A stretch of 52,688 nucleotides of DNA from Chiloscyllium plagiosum (lineage: Eukaryota): contig NW_025214845.1 in assembly GCF_004010195.1 (NCBI RefSeq), positions 1 through 52,688 on the forward strand. Reading direction: 5' to 3'. Of this stretch, positions 49,857 to 52,688 are shown piece by piece. The notes under the pieces are model-generated. The model was not told the origin of the DNA. It worked only from the letters and a program-made list of their open reading frames with translations, and made no database searches. The translations under genes were made by a program, and so were the position numbers. Positions within the stretch are counted from its first letter, which is position 1. Each line of letters begins with the position of its first letter.

Positions 49857-51304
49857 CTTACAAATTCCTCTCCATCTAAACCCTTAACAATATGGCAATC
49901 CAAGTCTATGTTTGGAAAGTTAACACCGCCTACCATAACCACTCTATCATTCTTACAGATAACTGAGATCTCCTTACAAATTTGTTTCTCAATTTCCCTC
50001 TGACTATTAGGGGTCCATAATACAATCCTAGTAAGGTGATCATTCCTTTCTTATTTCTCAGTTCCACCCAAATAACTCCCTGGATGTATTTCCGGGAATG
50101 TCTGCCCTCAGTACAGCTATAATGCTATCCCTTATCAGAAACGACACTCCCCCTCCTCTCTTGCCTCCCTTTCAATCTTTCCTGTGGCATTTGTATCCTG
50201 GAACATTAAGTTGCCAATCCTGTCCATCCCTGAGCCATGTTTTTGTAATTGCTATAATATCCCAGTCTCATGCCCTGAGTTCATCTGCCTTTCCTGTTAG
50301 GCATCTTGGATTGAAATAAATGCAGTTTAATTTATCAGTCCTACCTTGTTCTCTGCTTTGTCTCTGCCTGCCCTGACTGTTTTACTCGCCTTTGTTCTCA
50401 ACTGTACCAGTCTCAGATTGAAATCTTACCTTACTATCTCCCTGGATCCCACCCCCTCCACCCCTTACTAGTTTAAATCCTCCCGAACAGCTCTAGCATA
50501 TCCCCCTGCCAGTATATTAGTCCCCTTCCAATTTAGGTGCAATCGTCCTTCTTGTACAGGTCACTTCTACCCCAAAAGAGCTTTCAATGATCCAAAAATG
50601 TGGATCCCATACACCAACTCCTCAGCCATGCATTCATTTGCTCTATCCTCCTATTTCTACCCTCACTAGCCCATAGCACTGGGTGTAATCCAGATGTTAG
50701 TACTCTCAAGGACCTCCTTTTAAAATTCCCGCCTAACTCTCTGTAATCTCCCTTCAGAATCTCATCCTTTTCCCCTCCTATGTCATTGGTTCCAATGTAT
50801 ACAATTACCTTCTGCTAGCCCCTCTCTCTCTTTAGAACATTCTGCACCCTCTCTGAGACACCCTTGATCCTGGCACCAGGGAAGCAACACACCATTGATT
50901 TTTTGCTGCTGGCCACAGAAATGTTTGTCTGTACCTTGCACTAGAGAGTTCCCTAAGACAATCGATCGCTTGGAACCCGATGTACCTTTCATTACAATAG
51001 AGCCAGTCTCAATACCAGAAACTTGGCTGCTCATGCTACGTTCCCTTGAGAATCCATCACCCCCTACATTTTCCAAAATAGCATACTTGTTTGAAATGGA
51101 GATAGCCACAGAAGTCCTGCACGACCTGCCTACCTCTTTTCCCTTTCCTGGAGTTAACCCATCTATGTGACTGTATCTGAGACTTTCCCCCCTTCCTATG
51201 TTTTCCATCCATCACATTCCCTTGCTCTTGTAAATTCCTCATTGCCTCTAACTGCCTCTCCAACCGATCTATTCCAACTGATAGGATTTGCAACCAATGG
51301 CATT

Positions 51305-51611
51305 TAGATTAGATTACTTACAGTATGGAAACAGGCCCTTCGGCCCAACAAGTCCACACCGACCCGCCGAAGCGTAACCCACCCATACCCCTACATTTAC
51401 CCCTTTACCTAACACTACGGGCAATTTAGCATGGCCAATTCACCTGACTTGCACATCTTTGGACTGTGGGAGGAAACCGGAGCCCCCGGAGGAAACCCAC
51501 GCAGACACGGGGAGAACGTGCAAACTCCACACAGTCAGTCGCCTGAGTCGGGAATTGAACCCGGGTCTCTGGCGCTGCGAGGCAGCAGTGCTAACCACTG
51601 TGCCACCGTGC
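51305..51611 (-). mobile_element. Young full-length HE1-like V-SINE inserted in CR1 ORF1
   Basis: Minus: GGCACGGTGGCACAGTGGTTAGC (A box), GGTTCAATTCC (B box), V core, (TAATC)n tail; CpGs intact. Confidence 0.93.
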
Positions 51612-52433
51612 CTTAAGATATAATCCTCGGTAACCCGTAAACTCTCCCTAAACTGTCATGTGTGACAAGAAGAGCATATCACTCTACTAGAGCCATTTTT
51701 GCTTCTTCAGACGCAGAAAATAGCATTGTCTTATTCCTCTACAAAACACTGCTCCAGGTTACATTAATACTTAGGGCTTAGATTTCAAGTTTAATCAAGA
51801 GACATAGGTCAATAAAACATATAATCAAGAAAGAACCCACTCTACTCACTACTGCAGACTTATCTTAAGGCCATGCTTAAAATCCACTTACTTGTTTCTG
51901 TGCTGTGACCTCTCCCAAGCAGGTTCCTCCAAGATCAGTAGTGAATTTCACTGTTTTTAATTTTCCCAGATGCACTCCGATGTCCAGCGATACATGAATT
52001 TAATAGCAAAGGCAGTAACTGCTAACTCTGTCAGTTAGCAATGTGGGTTTCTTGCTTTTTCTCTCTCTCCCCTGCACTGACCTCACCATGTGCTTACTTT
52101 GACTGTTCTTCTCCCTTTTAAAAGTGCTTTTGTTTTGACTTTTTTTTTCTCCAAAGTTCCAAAACAATGCAACAGCATATAAAACAGTAACTCCTGCTCC
52201 TGGAATTCAAGGAAATCATCTCCAACACCTAAAGTACCCCAAAAAAGCAGCAGCTGTTACAGCCAGAAATTTTTCCCGTCCTCCATCTTGGATTACCCAG
52301 AATCAGTATAGATGGATGATTCACTTTTCTGTTAGTATTTTGTTGAATGAGATTCATGCTGCCCAGTCTGGCTTATCATGGATCAATTCTTTTCATGCAA
52401 TCTTCTGATCTTCCCCTCATTATGCAGAGGAAG

Positions 52434-52600
52434 GCTGGTTAGCTCAGTTGGCTGGATGCAGAGTGATGCCAATAGCATAGGTTTATTTCCCAAACCTGCT
52501 GGGGTATCCATGGAGGACTTTTCTTAATCTACATCCCTCATCTGAGGCATGGTGATGTTCAGGTTAAACCAGTTAGAGAGTAGAGAGAGTAGAGTAGCTT
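52434..52600 (+). mobile_element. Degraded tRNA-derived SINE
   Basis: ggttagctcagttggctgg A-box head; ctgaggcatggtga...caggttaaacca body. Confidence 0.6.
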
Positions 52601-52688
52601 TTATTTGTTATTTCTACCATATACAACTGATACAGTAAAAATATCTGTAATGGAGGGAAGCAAAACCCTGATGATCTTCTCAGGTGTC

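Larger units (their letters stand above)
45009..52304 (-). mobile_element. Near full-length CR1 LINE 'A' (5'UTR, esterase ORF1, EN-RT ORF2), inactivated and interrupted
   Basis: 3' tail at 45009; RT motifs (KAFNKVPH, GVPQ.SVL.P, KFADDTK); EN split at 47314/49861; SGNH-like ORF1 (IVLGNSLVQGTD) at ~50800-51300; 5' end GATTCTGGGTAATCCAAGATGG. Confidence 0.88.

Noticed and set aside
45388..51293. Many 60-180 aa ORFs as host genes or an active LINE
   Set aside because: All are frameshifted pieces, or antisense shadows, of CR1 ORF1/ORF2
51530..51611. tRNA-like sequence with A and B boxes (also at 2712, 14183, 28363, 52434)
   Set aside because: These are SINE heads continuing into SINE bodies, not tRNA genes
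1..52688. CRISPR array, rRNA, operon or other prokaryotic system
   Set aside because: No regularly spaced repeats or dense ORFs; the sequence is intron-containing, retroelement-rich vertebrate DNA

Overview
Vertebrate genomic DNA, almost certainly from a shark. This is inferred from the HE1-type V-SINEs, CR1 LINEs and Penelope-like elements; the species cannot be determined. The only clear protein-coding gene is CDKN1B (p27Kip1) on the + strand: coding exons 22702-23182 and 23567-23691 give 201 aa, and the 3'UTR exon runs from 25262 to ~26000. It has a CCAAT/GC-box promoter and a 3'UTR with Pumilio elements and a miR-221/222 seed. A second CpG-island promoter lies ~0.6 kb past the poly(A) signal. 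A minus-strand promoter with candidate non-coding exons at ~13.3 kb and ~8.3 kb may belong to the usual vertebrate neighbour GPR19 (inference). The rest is repeat-rich: many CR1/LINE fragments, a nested CR1-in-CR1 plus SINE stack (45-52 kb), SINEs, a Harbinger transposase relic and a possible solo LTR. The most striking pattern is a recurring set of small fold-back Penelope-derived insertions. Four have clear 12-16 bp target-site duplications and several carry minimal hammerhead-ribozyme cores. One has captured a ~180-bp copy of neighbouring DNA between its arms, and one is a perfect 42-bp palindrome. Comparisons with human sequence are from memory, not from a search, and repeat boundaries are approximate.
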